Of a stretch of DNA of 64,000 bases, positions 13,625-25,825 are shown piece after piece. The notes beneath the pieces were generated by a model that worked only from the letters and a program-made list of their open reading frames with translations, did no database searches and was not told where the DNA came from. Each line of letters opens with the position of its first letter. Within the stretch, counting starts at the first letter, position 1. Made by a program: the position numbers and the translations under genes. The stretch comes from Marsupella aquatica (Eukaryota; Plantae; Marchantiophyta): the NCBI GenBank assembly GCA_973895155.1, contig OZ316898.1:9685761-9749760 (forward strand). Direction: 5' to 3'.

Positions 13625-14959
13625 CTATAGCCGTTTATAGAGCATCAGCAATAAGAGACAAGCAAAAGGTAATTGTATCGACTGGTGAGCCAAGGATCCA
13701 AAGACCTCCCATTGGACATAAGAACCCGGGTGGAAGCGCAAAATCCACCCTTTTCTTGTATAACCTATTTGCTCCATTGTACTTTGTTTGGCCTTATCTC
13801 AGTAAATTGATCCTATTCAAGGGTTTCCTTGGATATTGCTTGCATACAATTTAGACAGGTTACCACAATTGACAAGGTAGATAGAGTGACTAGAAATTGC
13901 TTTATTTGGGTGCCAGATGAGTTGATGAACGTTGTGGTCCATGCAAAACATCAACTTCCAAATAATATTAATATTCCAAATATCATGCACATGCGCAGGA
14001 ATTGGAGGGCTCCCCATATCTAGACTCCCATGCACGTCCCTATTCACAAGCTTGAGTATGAATATCACAAGTTGTTGTTGCCAGAGAAATTAAGGCCTAT
14101 GGCTTCACATATGGAGTAGGTCATGAATGGTAGACTTCAATCACAAATTATCATATAGATTGAGCACGCAAAGATCACATCTCTCTCCACAAAAACCACA
14201 TCTCTATAATAAACCTCTATGGGCACCAATTCACTATGTAGACTACAGCAACCCTCAATCAAAATTACAAAACCCTCACCATGGAAGATGGCAGTAGTGA
14301 ACAATTAGAATGGCACACTATCGGGCATTTACTGATAGCCCTAGGATTAGAGAATTTCATAGGGATGAGCAGGTTTGCACATGCACAGTGCAAAACGATA
14401 ATATTTTGTCCCCGGATTTTGTCTTTTCAAGTATAGAATAAGCCATATATAATGTCTCTTGATTTCATCTTACTTTAACAAATGTAAATGTAAACACTGC
14501 TAAATATTGTTTAAGTCAATATGTCCATAGTACTCCTAAATTATGCATTGGAAATTGTTTCCAAGTGTCGCAAACATGACCTAAATTTCTATCCAAGGGG
14601 TCCAAAGTTTTACTAATTAATAATTTTTGGTGAAACCTGATTCCTATGGTAGAGAATTAGTTAAGTGCTGTATCTAGAATACATATTTTCTTCAACTTCT
14701 AAGTGTATAACATTCATCTGTAATCTTGTTTTAAATTTGGTATTTGCTGTCTGAGCCACCTGGCGAGTTGCACAGTTCTTTTGCTCATGCGGGAAACCCC
14801 TTCTTTCATAAAGAAAAAACACTTGCTGGTAATGCTATTGAAAGCACATAGACTTCTCGTCAACACTACCTAAATTTTAGTCCATGGGGTTCAATCAAAT
14901 TTCAATGATTAATTATTTTTGCCTGAACCCGATTACTATGGTAGAGAATTAGTCAAGTC

Positions 14960-17900
14960 TGTTGAGGAATGATGCAGGAAATGATAATGAGATTCCTCTC
15001 TATAGAATGAATGGGTGCATCTCTTTATATAGTCTCCGTCCGAGTTATCCTATACGGTAACTATGATTAAGGTAACCATGGAGTCTAGTTAGGGTATAAC
15101 ACTCCCCCTTGGCTATATAGTGATAACTATGTAGACAAAAAGTCTTCTAACTAGATTATCATGCTTATAAACATGGCATGATTTGAGTACAAATGAGGAA
15201 GGTATTGCCTCGTTAAAACCTTTAACAGCTCTAAAAAACTCTATCAGGGTAACAGAGAAGAAAAAAATAAAATATCTCGGCTCTAAAGGAAAAAGAGTAC
15301 AGCCCTGTCGGTCCTCAAGTGAATCCGGTGGTATGTGGAGTTAGCAGCAACAACTCCACTTCGTCAAAATGAACAAGTTGTCGTATGCTCAACGACTCAA
15401 CAACAACGCGACATGTCTCCAAATCGCTCACCATCGCGCATACATCCGCACATACATCCTCGCATCAAATACAAATTAAAACATATATGAAAAAATGATT
15501 AGTAATTAAGTTATTATCATAAAATCACTTGTCCGTGGCTCATCTGCGCAAAGTGTAATTAAAAGTATAATAATAAATAATGTCATCTCGTGCAACTGAG
15601 TGCGTAAAGTATGGGATGTAAAAAGTCCAAAAAATATGATCTCCCCTTCAAAACAAGGTTTCGAGGAATATATTATTCTCGTAAAACTCAAATATCGAAA
15701 ATCTCCCTTAGAGTTCAAGGACTCCTAATTAGATTCTTAAATAGAGGGTTCTTGTGCAAAATGCACAATTTGCAAGCGTGTGTAGTCGACACACAAAGAA
15801 ATCTCTCAATCTTAGATTTCAAAAACATGTAGTATCAAATAGTTTTTATGTGAAAAATAATCTGCAGCACCAAAGGGTGTGCATTCACAACACCAGCGGG
15901 TGTGTGTATAATATGGCACGTCTGCCCTACACGTCTGCAGTTCTCATATTTTGACAAAAAGTGTCAAGTCAATATAACTTCACAAATAATCCTGTGGAAT
16001 CCAAATATTTAGTCGAACGTCCATGTGTGTCATAGCACAGAGAAATGCTAGCTCAAAATGATTTGCTATCTTGCGGAGGTAAAGTGATATTCATAAACGT
16101 CAAACAACTCCGCATAAAAATAGTTTAGAGCTAGTGATAGTCAAAAGATCCCACTTAATGACCAAGTACCAAAATGTGCTCGTAGTGGGTAAATCAAGTG
16201 TGATTGGGGTTTGGGAAAATAAACTTTCTCCCCCTAAATATGCATTTTATGCATATATTATAGTTGAAAGCTAGAATTAAGTTGGACCGGACAAAGTTAT
16301 GGGGTTTGCCCATATTAACCCCTCATTACTCATTCTGATTTGAGTTTACTTCGGGTTTCTAAATATTCGCAGTTAAACCCCTAAAGGGTTATTGATTATC
16401 CGCTTTTGGATATGGCCGGAAACTAAGGTCATGGAACTAACCTGAAGTATTGTACCTTAGATTATTCTGGATCTTTCGTGAGAAACATATTTGTCATCGA
16501 TCACTGGATCTCAGAAAATCTATACCTTACCAAAATACCTCAAAAACTAGGTCATAGAGCATGGTTAAAGGTATGGTATTAGTTCCATACTTAAAAACTA
16601 TCATCCCACCGAACAATGGCTATAAAAGCTCTTGTTTGAGTTGTTTATGGTGTAAAGACCACGAGGATAAGACCCTTAAGTAAGATATTGCCCTAATGTA
16701 GGGTGTAAATGGGTGTAAACCCATGTCAATTGGTGTAAAAGTTGTAAATGGTCAATTTGCACACAAAAAGTGTATGGACCAAAGTTTATTCCCCCTGATG
16801 GTGTAAATTGGTATAAACCAGTGTAAATGCTATAAGGAAGTGTAATCTGGTGTAACCAGTGTAAACAAGTATAAACCCAATGTAAAGCATGGGATTATAC
16901 AATGGTAAGACATACACTAGTGTAAACTGGTGTCATGAGGTATAATCTAGGATGGTATCATTAGGTGTAAACTAGGGGTGTAAAATGGTGTAAAAATCAT
17001 TTTGTGATTGAAATGGGTGTAATAACCAGTTTGTAAATGGAAAGTAGAGGTATTTGGTATAAAACCATTATTTCCAATGTGCAAAGTCAAGTAAGGGTGG
17101 TATGACATGTAAATATGTCAAATGCATGTAAAGCATGTGTTGCACATGTAAGGCATGTTAATGTATGCAAATTCAACAAGTGACATGTAATTTCCCTAAA
17201 CCAGTTGATGTGTTTACATGTGTAAACTGTGTAAATTGCTGTGTAAATTTGCAATGTGCACTTATCATTTTCCATTTCATTTGTTTATCCATAAGTGCAA
17301 AACATCCATTGTCAACAAGATTTTCTTTGTTAATATGTGCATATATGGATAGTTTTTCAAAAATGAAGATTTTTCACTGAAACACATGGGATTCTCTTGT
17401 CTTTGGATAAGTGCACCCAAGCATTTGTATTTCAGAAACTCTTTACTATACTGTGCATTTAATGAGGGTTGCACTTATCTGGTGTTCGAGTTTTTCTCGA
17501 GGATTTTGAGATCGAATGTTGCATGTTTAAGTCACTCATGTGTGTCTCTTGAAATCTCACTTGTCGCTTTGGCTCATGCTTTGATTGCGATCAGCTTCTC
17601 AGGCTCATTCTTGGACAAGCACAACATTCCATATTTAGGATTCAGAAAATGCTATCAGATCTAGACCCCACAACGATGACTCGTTTCTTTCGCTGGATGC
17701 CATCTCCCGTACGTTCACGACCAAAGCCAAGATGTTCTTCCTCCACGACATTTGCTTCTATCTTCTCCAATTTGATACGACTGTATCAAATGGCTCTTAT
17801 TGGAATCTTCATTGAATCAGCAAACGACCAATTCAACATCCATGTTTGGCCTCTTGTAATGCCTATACTTCACTCGATCGTGTGTAATGGGCATTTCCTT

Positions 17901-18547
17901 TCATCCTTTATGGCTCGCAGATCGACCAACAAGAAACTGTCAGCGGTTGAGCAACATTGTGAACTTCAGGGAAAGAGAAGGCGCCTGCGTTCATCCCTTA
18001 TGAGGTTAGGGTTTTGAAAATTTTTCTTATGATCCCGATCGGGTCCTGATTTGCTCTCGATCCACCCGGCTTCATTCAAGGCTGTCTCTGTTTGGCTTCC
18101 GGTCTCTGTTCTTCTCTTTCTGCCTCTTGTTAAGGTTGTCAACTCATCGCCACGAGTGATTTAGGTTGATCTGGCCTGGTTGGGTAGAAGGAAGCAGCGC
18201 GGCTGAACTCGATCTCTCTCCTGTCGTTGCTTCAACGTGACTTATGTTCTCTTGGTGGTTCAAACTACTAGCCTTCTCACTCCCAATTCAATTCTCCTCC
18301 ATAACTTGGAAATCCTTAAGAGAACATTCATTCATCATAGCCATAGGGAAATTCCTAAAAAAATTCATGATCAAGCTTAGTTGGTCTAGAGTCGTGCTGA
18401 TAACGTGTTGAGGAATGATGCGGGAAATGATAATGAGATTCCTCTCTATAGAATGAATGGGTGCATCTCTTTATATAGTCTCCGTCCAAGTTATCCTATA
18501 CGGTAACTATGGTTAAGGTAACCATGGAGTCTAGTTAGGGTATAACA
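14960..18547 (-). mobile_element. Full-length non-autonomous LTR retrotransposon (Ty1/copia, Bianca-like priming)
   Basis: Two 142-bp TG...CA LTRs (14960-15101, 18406-18547) differ by 3 A/G transitions. A 5-bp TSD AAGTC sits at 14955-14959 and 18548-18552. PPT (minus strand AAGGGGGAG, 15102-15110) and PBS (minus strand CGTTATCAGCACGAC) abut the LTRs, and there is a TATA box CTATATAAAG in the LTR on the minus strand. The 3.3-kb interior has no gag/pol ORF. Confidence 0.95.
16690..17260. repeat. Degenerate (G)GTGTAAA / ATGTAAA motif array inside the LTR element
   Basis: Many TGTAAA/TATAAA variants at short irregular spacing. Confidence 0.75.
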
Positions 18548-18824
18548 AAGTCCTTTATCTCGTCCGCTCATGTATACAATATAACTTTTCCTCAACTTTT
18601 TCATGTATAACACTCATCAGTAATCTTATTTTAAGTGCGGGTTTATATATGCTGCTCGAGCCACCCGGCCAGTTGCAAAGTTCTTTTGCTCATTTGGGAA
18701 AACCCCTTCCTTCACCAAAGAAAAACTACTTGCAGGCAATACTGCAGAAAGCACATTTTCTCTTCCATACTTTTTGTGTGTAAAAGAAAGGGAACAGCCA
18801 TTTGACACAACAATTGAATCCAAG

Positions 18825-20379
18825 CCGTGCCCTGGGAGGTGGCAGCTCGGTGGGGTTCGTGGCTCCCTCACAACAATCTTCTCGCCTCTGTCCCAACTCT
18901 GTTTCTAGTGTGGTGTGGTGGATCCACCCGGGTCCCGGCGCCTGCTCCTTGTCAACCGCTACATTTATCCGGATATGTACTCTCGTTCGGAGCTGGCAGT
19001 AGACTCCCACTAGCTGCTGCCAGTCGCTCTTTTCACTATTGGTTCCTGCTCGTGTCCTTGTGTGTGGGCTAGCTGCTTCATTAGGTGTAGAATTTTGTCC
19101 AGGATATTCAGTTTATAGGTCACTCCCCCCGCCTCTTCCATTAATGCCATGTTGGCTCCCTTCACTCTATATCTTTCTGACCTCCCTGCTTTGACTTCGC
19201 TCCAGCTGCTCTGGGTTTGCCATGCTCATCTATCTACCAGGATGTATCCACAGGACCGGTCGTGGATGTTGGTTGATTCCTCTCTCTGCTGGGCCAGTTC
19301 TCGCTGTTCACCAGCAGTCATATTTGATGAAGGGTGAGACCTTCCTGTGGACCTATATCAGCATGGGTTCTGTTGGAGATGTCGGTCTCCTATGGTGTTT
19401 TGACGGAGTTGGGCCCCCTCCATGGCTGCTGCTCCCCGCCCCCATGGACCTGTTGCCTCCCTCCTCCCTTTGGATAGTTCTTTGGCCATTCTGGCCTGTT
19501 TCCACCGGACCCGGGTCCAGCGTCAACCGATTGTCAAGGCGGGATTTTTTGCCTCTTTTTGGAGTCTGATTTGGGAGGGCTGTAGCAGTTCGGCGCTTGA
19601 ATCCTCATATCTGCCTTTCACCCGGTCTGGCATGCTGGAGGCCTTTGGCAGGGTGGTTGGTGGGGGAGGTTGGTGTTTTCCAGGTGCTCCTTTTTCGATA
19701 ATGGGTTCTTTTACCTGGTTGATGATCTGCTGGCCAACTCTCGCCCTCCTCCAGGCTGCATGCCTCGGGATCAGGCATACGACGGGTGGAGTGGGATGTA
19801 GGCATGTGCTGGGGGCAGTTACAGAAGTTTCATACAAGCTCGAAGACTATGGGCTATGATTGCTGAGCTTCTGCTGGCCTACTCGATGGGTTCCACCGGT
19901 CCCCCCGGGGAGTTTGTGGTGGCATCCATGATTTGTTGGAGGCATTCCGGTGGCTGGATGCTGCAGAGGTCCTCTATCAGATGGAGCTTTGGGGGTGTCA
20001 GGTTTCTTGGCCGGCAGAGAGTGGCATCGGCGGTGTTCTCCTCTAGTTCCTTGGGTTCGTTCTAGTTCTCGGTGCAGTATTGGTAGGATCTTGGTTGGCT
20101 TGCCTTTCTGTGTCTTATGCTAGTAGTTGGTTATGGGGTTCTTTCCCCTCTGGATCGCCTCCCCTTTTCAGGCGATATGTGGTGGCGCTCGTTCCCGAGG
20201 TCGCCTTCTTTCGGGTTTTGGTGCGCTGGCCCTTCCCCATTTCTGGGTGTGCTCCTCCTTTTATCCCCCTTAATTGTTTCTTTTGCCCTCCTGCCCCCTT
20301 CTCCCGGGCGGAGCTTGTTCTTGCCGTTGCTCAATACAGTTGCCGGGGTTCTCCCGTTTTAAAAATTAAAAATTAAAAA
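18825..20379 (+). mobile_element. Non-LTR retroposon insertion (LINE-derived or LINE-mobilised, apparently non-coding)
   Basis: 13-bp TSD AATTGAATCCAAG at 18812-18824 and 20380-20392. A-rich 3' tail TTTTAAAAATTAAAAATTAAAAAA follows a pyrimidine-rich 3' region. The body is GC-richer than the flanks and shows no recognisable RT/EN motifs. Confidence 0.85.
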
Positions 20380-20442
20380 AATTGAATCCAAGACCTAAGA
20401 GTCAGTACTCAAGTCAGTTACCACCACAGAGCCAGGCCTCTA
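20380..20442 (-). mobile_element. tRNA-derived SINE-like head interrupted by the retroposon
   Basis: The minus strand reads GGCCTGGCTCTGTGGTGGTAACTGACTTGAGTACTGACTCTTAGGTCTTGGATTCAATT, with A-box-like TGGCTCTGTGG and B-box-like GGATTCAATT. It continues at 18811 and leftward once the insertion is removed. Confidence 0.4.
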
Positions 20443-22640
20443 TGGTCTTCCATATTCTAATTTGCCATGGAATGCTACCATTCATGACCGACTCAGTCCA
20501 GTGAATTCAAAGGCAGTAATTTACTGGCAAAAAAATGATATTCTACTATGGTAACGTAGGGACTCACATTGAGGAGTCTGGGTAGAGAGGAGCCCTGCTT
20601 GCTCATAGGCATTGGTGTTTGGGCTAGTATGACCATATTAATGCGTCAACCCAAGATCTCCAGTTCTAGGGAAAACAAATAAAAAGTATGCTAAAGATTT
20701 GGACTGACAAGATCTCACAAGTTTACATAATTGGAAACAGTTTTTGGAAGTCACGTACTCTCAGATTTTCTGGCAACCAAATCATTTGCCCATATATTCT
20801 AAATGACCTTTTGAAGCTCAGAGTTTTACCTTTAGCGAATTGTCACTTCTCAACACAGACCAAGAAACTTACAATTGACGTTGATCGTTCTGGCACAATG
20901 AACAAATCATTATTGACATTTTGGACCTGATAAAATTTTGGCCACTTATTGCTCTTATGGATCATGGATTTTCCCCCCTATGTAATTTCAGTACATTCTT
21001 GGACAAGAATGTCTGGTCAAGATCAGATCACTACCCAGGAAGATTCTCCTCTACTTTAACTAAAACTAAAAATACAAATCTCTCAAGCCTTTGAGTGTAT
21101 TATAGTCCTGTCTCCAGAGCATTATGCGCAACAATAGCCCCCAAAACTTAAGTGGAAGCTCTCATGTTTCAGGGCACTATACCCCACAATGTTCTCTAAA
21201 CTGGACATTACTGTGTACTAGAAAATGGACGGAATTCCTTCCGTCTCGCCAGACAGATAGAAAAGGGCTTCCTTGGACCTCCAAGACCAATGGCAGGGTA
21301 GGAAGAGAAGGGCTGTTGATATAGTCGCAATGAAAGCTACAAGGGTTTAGGGGTTAGGGTGCAGTTACAGTAGGAAGCTGTAACTATGGTCGGAGGGAGA
21401 AATTGATGGGTAGGATTTCATGGTAAGGTTTGCTGCATGACAATTTGCACAGGTCACCGTGGGAGAGAGCTGGGAGAGAGCTTACCGAGGCTTTAGGATG
21501 AGGCACAATTTGCACAGGCAACTCAAGTCTTTTGGTCCAGGACACTTTACCGTCTCCATGAGTATTTCTGTGATGTAGTGAAGGTTTAGGCTGAGGATTT
21601 CATGACTGGAGCCAAAGCAAAGTGGCATTGCCCATGGAGGCATCAAGCAAGGCAGCTTTGATTTAGTGGCACAAATTCTCTAGATTCTACCTCTCTAAAA
21701 TGTGTCTGTCATGTTTGGCAAAGTTTTGCTAATTTTTCTGTCTTCCATTAATTACCCAGTTTCTGCTCCCCGTTGCCAAAGTTTCTGCCTACTAGCTAAA
21801 ACAATAGAGCACCATGTGCAACTGAAAGGCTGGTGCTTAGAGTTGAATTTTGCTCTATTGTTTTAGTAGGCAGAATGTGAGGGACCTGGAAGCATTGGCC
21901 CTGCCAACAGTCCTGGGGTCACACGAAGTCTTGTTTCAACTTCGGCAACGGACTCGAGTACTTTTGTTTGTAGGGGGCCATAAAGTCTTTCTTTCTGTAC
22001 AAAAATTGACCCATGCAACACTTTATTCCAACCCCTCTTTTCCCAAAGAAAGAGCATTTTATTCCAATGTTTAAAGGAATGTGGGTAAGAGTTGGAGTGA
22101 TGAAATGAACAAACCTCATCATTATATAGCATGGAAGACGTTGGGTCCGTTGCTTCATTTTATTCCCTCCTAAAATATAATTCCTATAATGAGTGTACAG
22201 GTTAGAGTTGGCTTTACAACAACTCAAGGACCCATTCAGATTCGGTGTGTACTAATCCAATCTGGCAAGCAATCGCCCAAGGAAATGTTTATGTCTAGTG
22301 CTTGTTTTGTATATAATCTTAGGCCACCTCGAGAGATGGTCCAAATATTTCCAGAGTCAAGGGATTTGGATTTATTAAAGTTCATTTCAAAGATGGTTTG
22401 GTCTGAAGTTTATATTTAGGACAAGAAATGACCCTCCAATTCTGCTTTGGTGGAAAAACAGTCTCAAATGCCCACAATTCTGTACGGTAGCCCTAACCCT
22501 TCTTTGTTTAAACAAAAGTCCACATCCCCTTGCTTGCATTGAACAGCTCCCCCATATTCCAATTTTCAACAACCATTTAATACCATCTTATCCCCCTACC
22601 TGGTCAAAATTACTAATTTTCTCCCAAACTAGTTTTGTTA

Positions 22641-22972
22641 TCAGGTTGCCCTATTTGCATACGGGTTGATTCCACTAACCTGAGATGTCATGCAATGGTG
22701 TGTGGACACATATTGGCTCTTGAATTGCCTGACCTAACAGCTGCCAACTAGACCTTCACCCTTTACCCATTCCCCATCCAAAACTCATCGGAAGGCAAGT
22801 GTCAACTACTCTCTGGGAAAATTATTTGTTGGGTTCTACTCATTTTCCTCACATTTACGGCCAAAGGGGGTTTGCTTGGACAAACTACGAGCCTCCATGT
22901 GTCAATAGACCAGTTCTTGGGTTAGTCTAGACAAGTTAAGCCAACCCGTATCTCAAATGGGGGGCAACGTGA
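22641..22972. mobile_element. MITE with ~30-bp imperfect TIRs flanked by TA (Tc1/mariner-like)
   Basis: Left end TA|TCAGGTTGCCCTATTTGCATACGGGTTG; right end reverse-complemented TA|TCACGTTGCCCCCCATTTGAGATACGGGTTG. Confidence 0.7.
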
Positions 22973-23384
22973 TACTAAATCAATGTGGGGAACAAGCTTG
23001 TATCTTCAACCACTTTGGTGGACAAGAAAATAAAAAATAGTTTTGCTAAAAATTGGGGCCCAAACGCAATTGTGTTAAGAATAATAATCTTCATGCTTGA
23101 TGACGACCTTCCACCCTACAAAACGCATCCTGCATTCCATAGTTCTCAGGCTTTTTTGGTGCACCTTCTAGGGAACATTTGTGGGACCCCTACACACACA
23201 TCTCTTCATGGTAATGATTCTCCTAAGGTGATGCTTTCATGAGAGGGGGATAAATCCAGTGGAACAACTCACCCATCCAGCAAAGGCGGACAATTATTTC
23301 GCCTGGTATGACATATTATAATGTGCACATTGGGTAAACAGGTGGACACTCAGGGTGACTAAAGGATGTCATGCTCCTTGACAT

Positions 23385-23650
23385 AAGAAATGCCACACTG
23401 CATGTTAGTGTCATGTTGTATGCTCTGGGAATGAAAGAAATGCGACACTGCATGATGGTGTCATGGTGGACGCACCTATGAAGTGGGGTTTGGGAAACGT
23501 ATAGGGGTCTGACCTCAGCTCTTTCCATGGCTGTGACCAAAGAATTGACTGAATAAAAAATGCCACACTGCATGATGGTGTCATGTTTACACAACCGTGA
23601 AATGGGGTTTGGGAAACAGGCAGAGGTGTGACCTCAGCGCTTCCCATGGT
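23385..23650. repeat. Tandem repeat, ~120-bp unit (2 copies plus a partial)
   Basis: AAATGCCACACTGCATGATGGTGTCATG...GGGGTTTGGGAAAC...TGACCTCAGC is repeated. Confidence 0.8.
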
Positions 23651-23825
23651 CTCAAGATTGACTGTGAGTTGTTCAGTCAACAAAATAATGAGGATCATTG
23701 TCTGGTCAAGGACCTAATCTACGGAGCTAACCAAGATCATAAGTGGATAATGATTTTTAAGTTTGATCCTTAGCACTTATGTTGGATGTGTTTTTGTTGT
23801 TTACTGAGTTACCCCTGGTCCCTGA

Positions 23826-23951
23826 TAACTGCACATCAAAATATGACACATAAAATGATGTACAATATCATTTCAATTATAATAAATATCATTATTATTT
23901 TTAAATCAATGAATACACATCTTTCTATTTTCACATTTTGATGTATGATTA
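23826..23951. mobile_element. AT-rich ~125-bp fold-back MITE (Tourist-like, tentative)
   Basis: TAACTGCACATCAAAATATGACACATAAAATGATGTA pairs imperfectly with TACACATCTTTCTATTTTCACATTTTGATGTATGATTA; the ends are TAA/TTA. Confidence 0.5.
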
Positions 23952-24574
23952 CGGGCAGGATATCCCACTATTTTCTTAAGTTTCCCTCAAAGTTACAAAG
24001 CTGCCCACATGGATTAATCTTACCTGAGCATTTCAATTACTTGAGTTACAAATGGCTGCCCATTCCTTGGCAGGGGGCAATACAGAAATTAAATTAGTTT
24101 AGGGGATTTTGCTCAATTTTGGGTGTGATATGGGGAAAAAATATTTTCTAATGAAGGGTGATGGCTCCAAACATATGTGGTGAGAGTCAGAAGGGCCAAA
24201 GATAATAAAACCTGAAGGGCCAGAGGATACAAAACTGCTGCAGCCCGCCAATCAGAGAAAATATCAGGCCACGAAGGCTAGACCTTGGAACATATGATGT
24301 GGTTAAAATGGACAACTAACATTATTTTCCCTATCCGGTCTAATAGAATTCCCCCTCCTCCTACCATATTAGTCTTTTGAGTAGGGGAGCAATTGACTCA
24401 TGTGAATTCCATAACTGTTGTGGCGATTACAGCCATTCCTGAGCTATGAATGTCATCACATTGATCCTCTCCCAAACTTGGCTTTTTGATGCAAAAGCCT
24501 GGCTTGTAACCTTTGGCCAAAGGTTCTCATATTGACACCTCTAGTGCCAAGAAAGGAAAAGAAGGAGAAGGAGA

Positions 24575-25825
24575 AAAGTTACTGTCCATGACCACAAATT
24601 TGATCCAACTTGGCAGAGGACACAAAGTCCATGATTCTACTTTAGTTGGGCAGCTTGCTCCAAGGTGGTTTCCCTTCAACAAATAAAGTATGGTTTAATG
24701 AAGAGGGATGGAGGGCAGACTCCAGAACTTTGTAAGACTAAGATACACACGAGACACTGTGGAGAGGAAAGCCTGTAGGAGGAGAGAACTCAGAATCATT
24801 CTAAGAAAGTTACTGTCCATGACCACAATTTGACAAACTTGGGAGTGGACATAAAGTCCATGATTCCATTCTAGTTGTCCAGCGTGCTCAAAGGTGCTTT
24901 CACTTTGACCAAATAAAATCCATGCGAGGTTTAATGAAGAGGGATTGGCACAAACAGTGAAGGTCTTATAAGTGCACACTCAGGAACTTTGTTCCATAAA
25001 TTAAGATACACATGGGACAATGTGAAGAGGAATGCCTGGAGGGGAAAGAGAACTCCAGAGTTATTTGAAAAATGGTTCATGACCACAATTTTGATAAACT
25101 TGGGAACATAAAGTCCACGATTGCATTCTGGTTGTCCAACTTGCTCGAAGGTGGGTTCCCTTTGACCAAATAAAGCCCATGAGAGGTTTAATGAAGTGGG
25201 ATGGAAAACAGTGAAAGGTCCAATGAATCCAAAAAAAAAAGACACATACGCTACAATGTGGAGAAGAAAGCCTGGAGGAGGAAGAGAACTCCAGAAGCAT
25301 CCTGAAAGGAGGTCCATGACCACAATTTTGATAAACTTGGGACTGGACTCCATGATTGAAATATAGTTGGGCAGCTTGCTCAAAGGTGGATTCCCTTTCA
25401 CTGAACAAATAAAGTCAATGAGGTTTAATGGGGAGGGAGGGACACAAACAGTGAAAGGTCTTATGAGTCCAATCAAATAAGATACACATGAGGCAATGTG
25501 GAGAGGAAAGGCTGGAGGAGGAAGAGAACTCGAGAATCATCCTGAAAGAAGGTTCATGACCACAATTTTGACAAATTGGGGAGTGGACTGCATTAAATTA
25601 TAGTTAGGCAGCTTGCTCAAAGGTGGTTTCAAAGGGAGGGGGGGGGGGGGGGGGAAGAAGGTGGTTTCACCTTTCATTGAACAAACAAAGCCTTGAGGCT
25701 TAATGGGGAGGGATAGACACAAAGGGTGAAAGGTCTTCAGAGCTTTGTTCCAATCAAATAAGACACACATGGGACAATGGGGAGAGGAAAGCCCGGAGGA
25801 GGAAAGAGAATTCTAGAATCATCTG
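24575..25825. repeat. Tandem array of ~230-260-bp units, 5 copies
   Basis: CATGACCACAATTTTGA(T/C)AAACTTGGG recurs at ~24588, 24818, 25078, 25315 and 25556, and each unit also carries GGCAGCTTGCTCAAAGGTGG and GGAGGAGGAAGAGAACTC variants. Confidence 0.9.

Larger units (their letters stand above)
14580..18760. repeat. Two-copy ~290-bp tandem repeat whose second copy is interrupted by the LTR element
   Basis: Copy 1 (~14580-14850) reads CTATGGTAGAGAATTAGTTAAGT...GAGCCACCTGGCGAGTTGCACAGTTCTTTTGCTCAT...GAAAGCACAT. Copy 2 runs ~14870-14959 and resumes at 18553-18756 (GAGCCACCCGGCCAGTTGCAAAGTTCTTTTGCTCAT...GAAAGCACAT). Confidence 0.8.

Noticed and set aside
19422-19859. 145-aa ORF as LINE ORF2
   Set aside because: No RT, endonuclease or zinc-knuckle motifs recognised.
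21344-21361. Interstitial telomere repeat
   Set aside because: Only about two imperfect units (GGGTTTAGGGGTTAGGG), compatible with chance.
24695-25770. Several ORFs up to 181 aa
   Set aside because: Translations of the ~240-bp tandem array with frame shifts between units.
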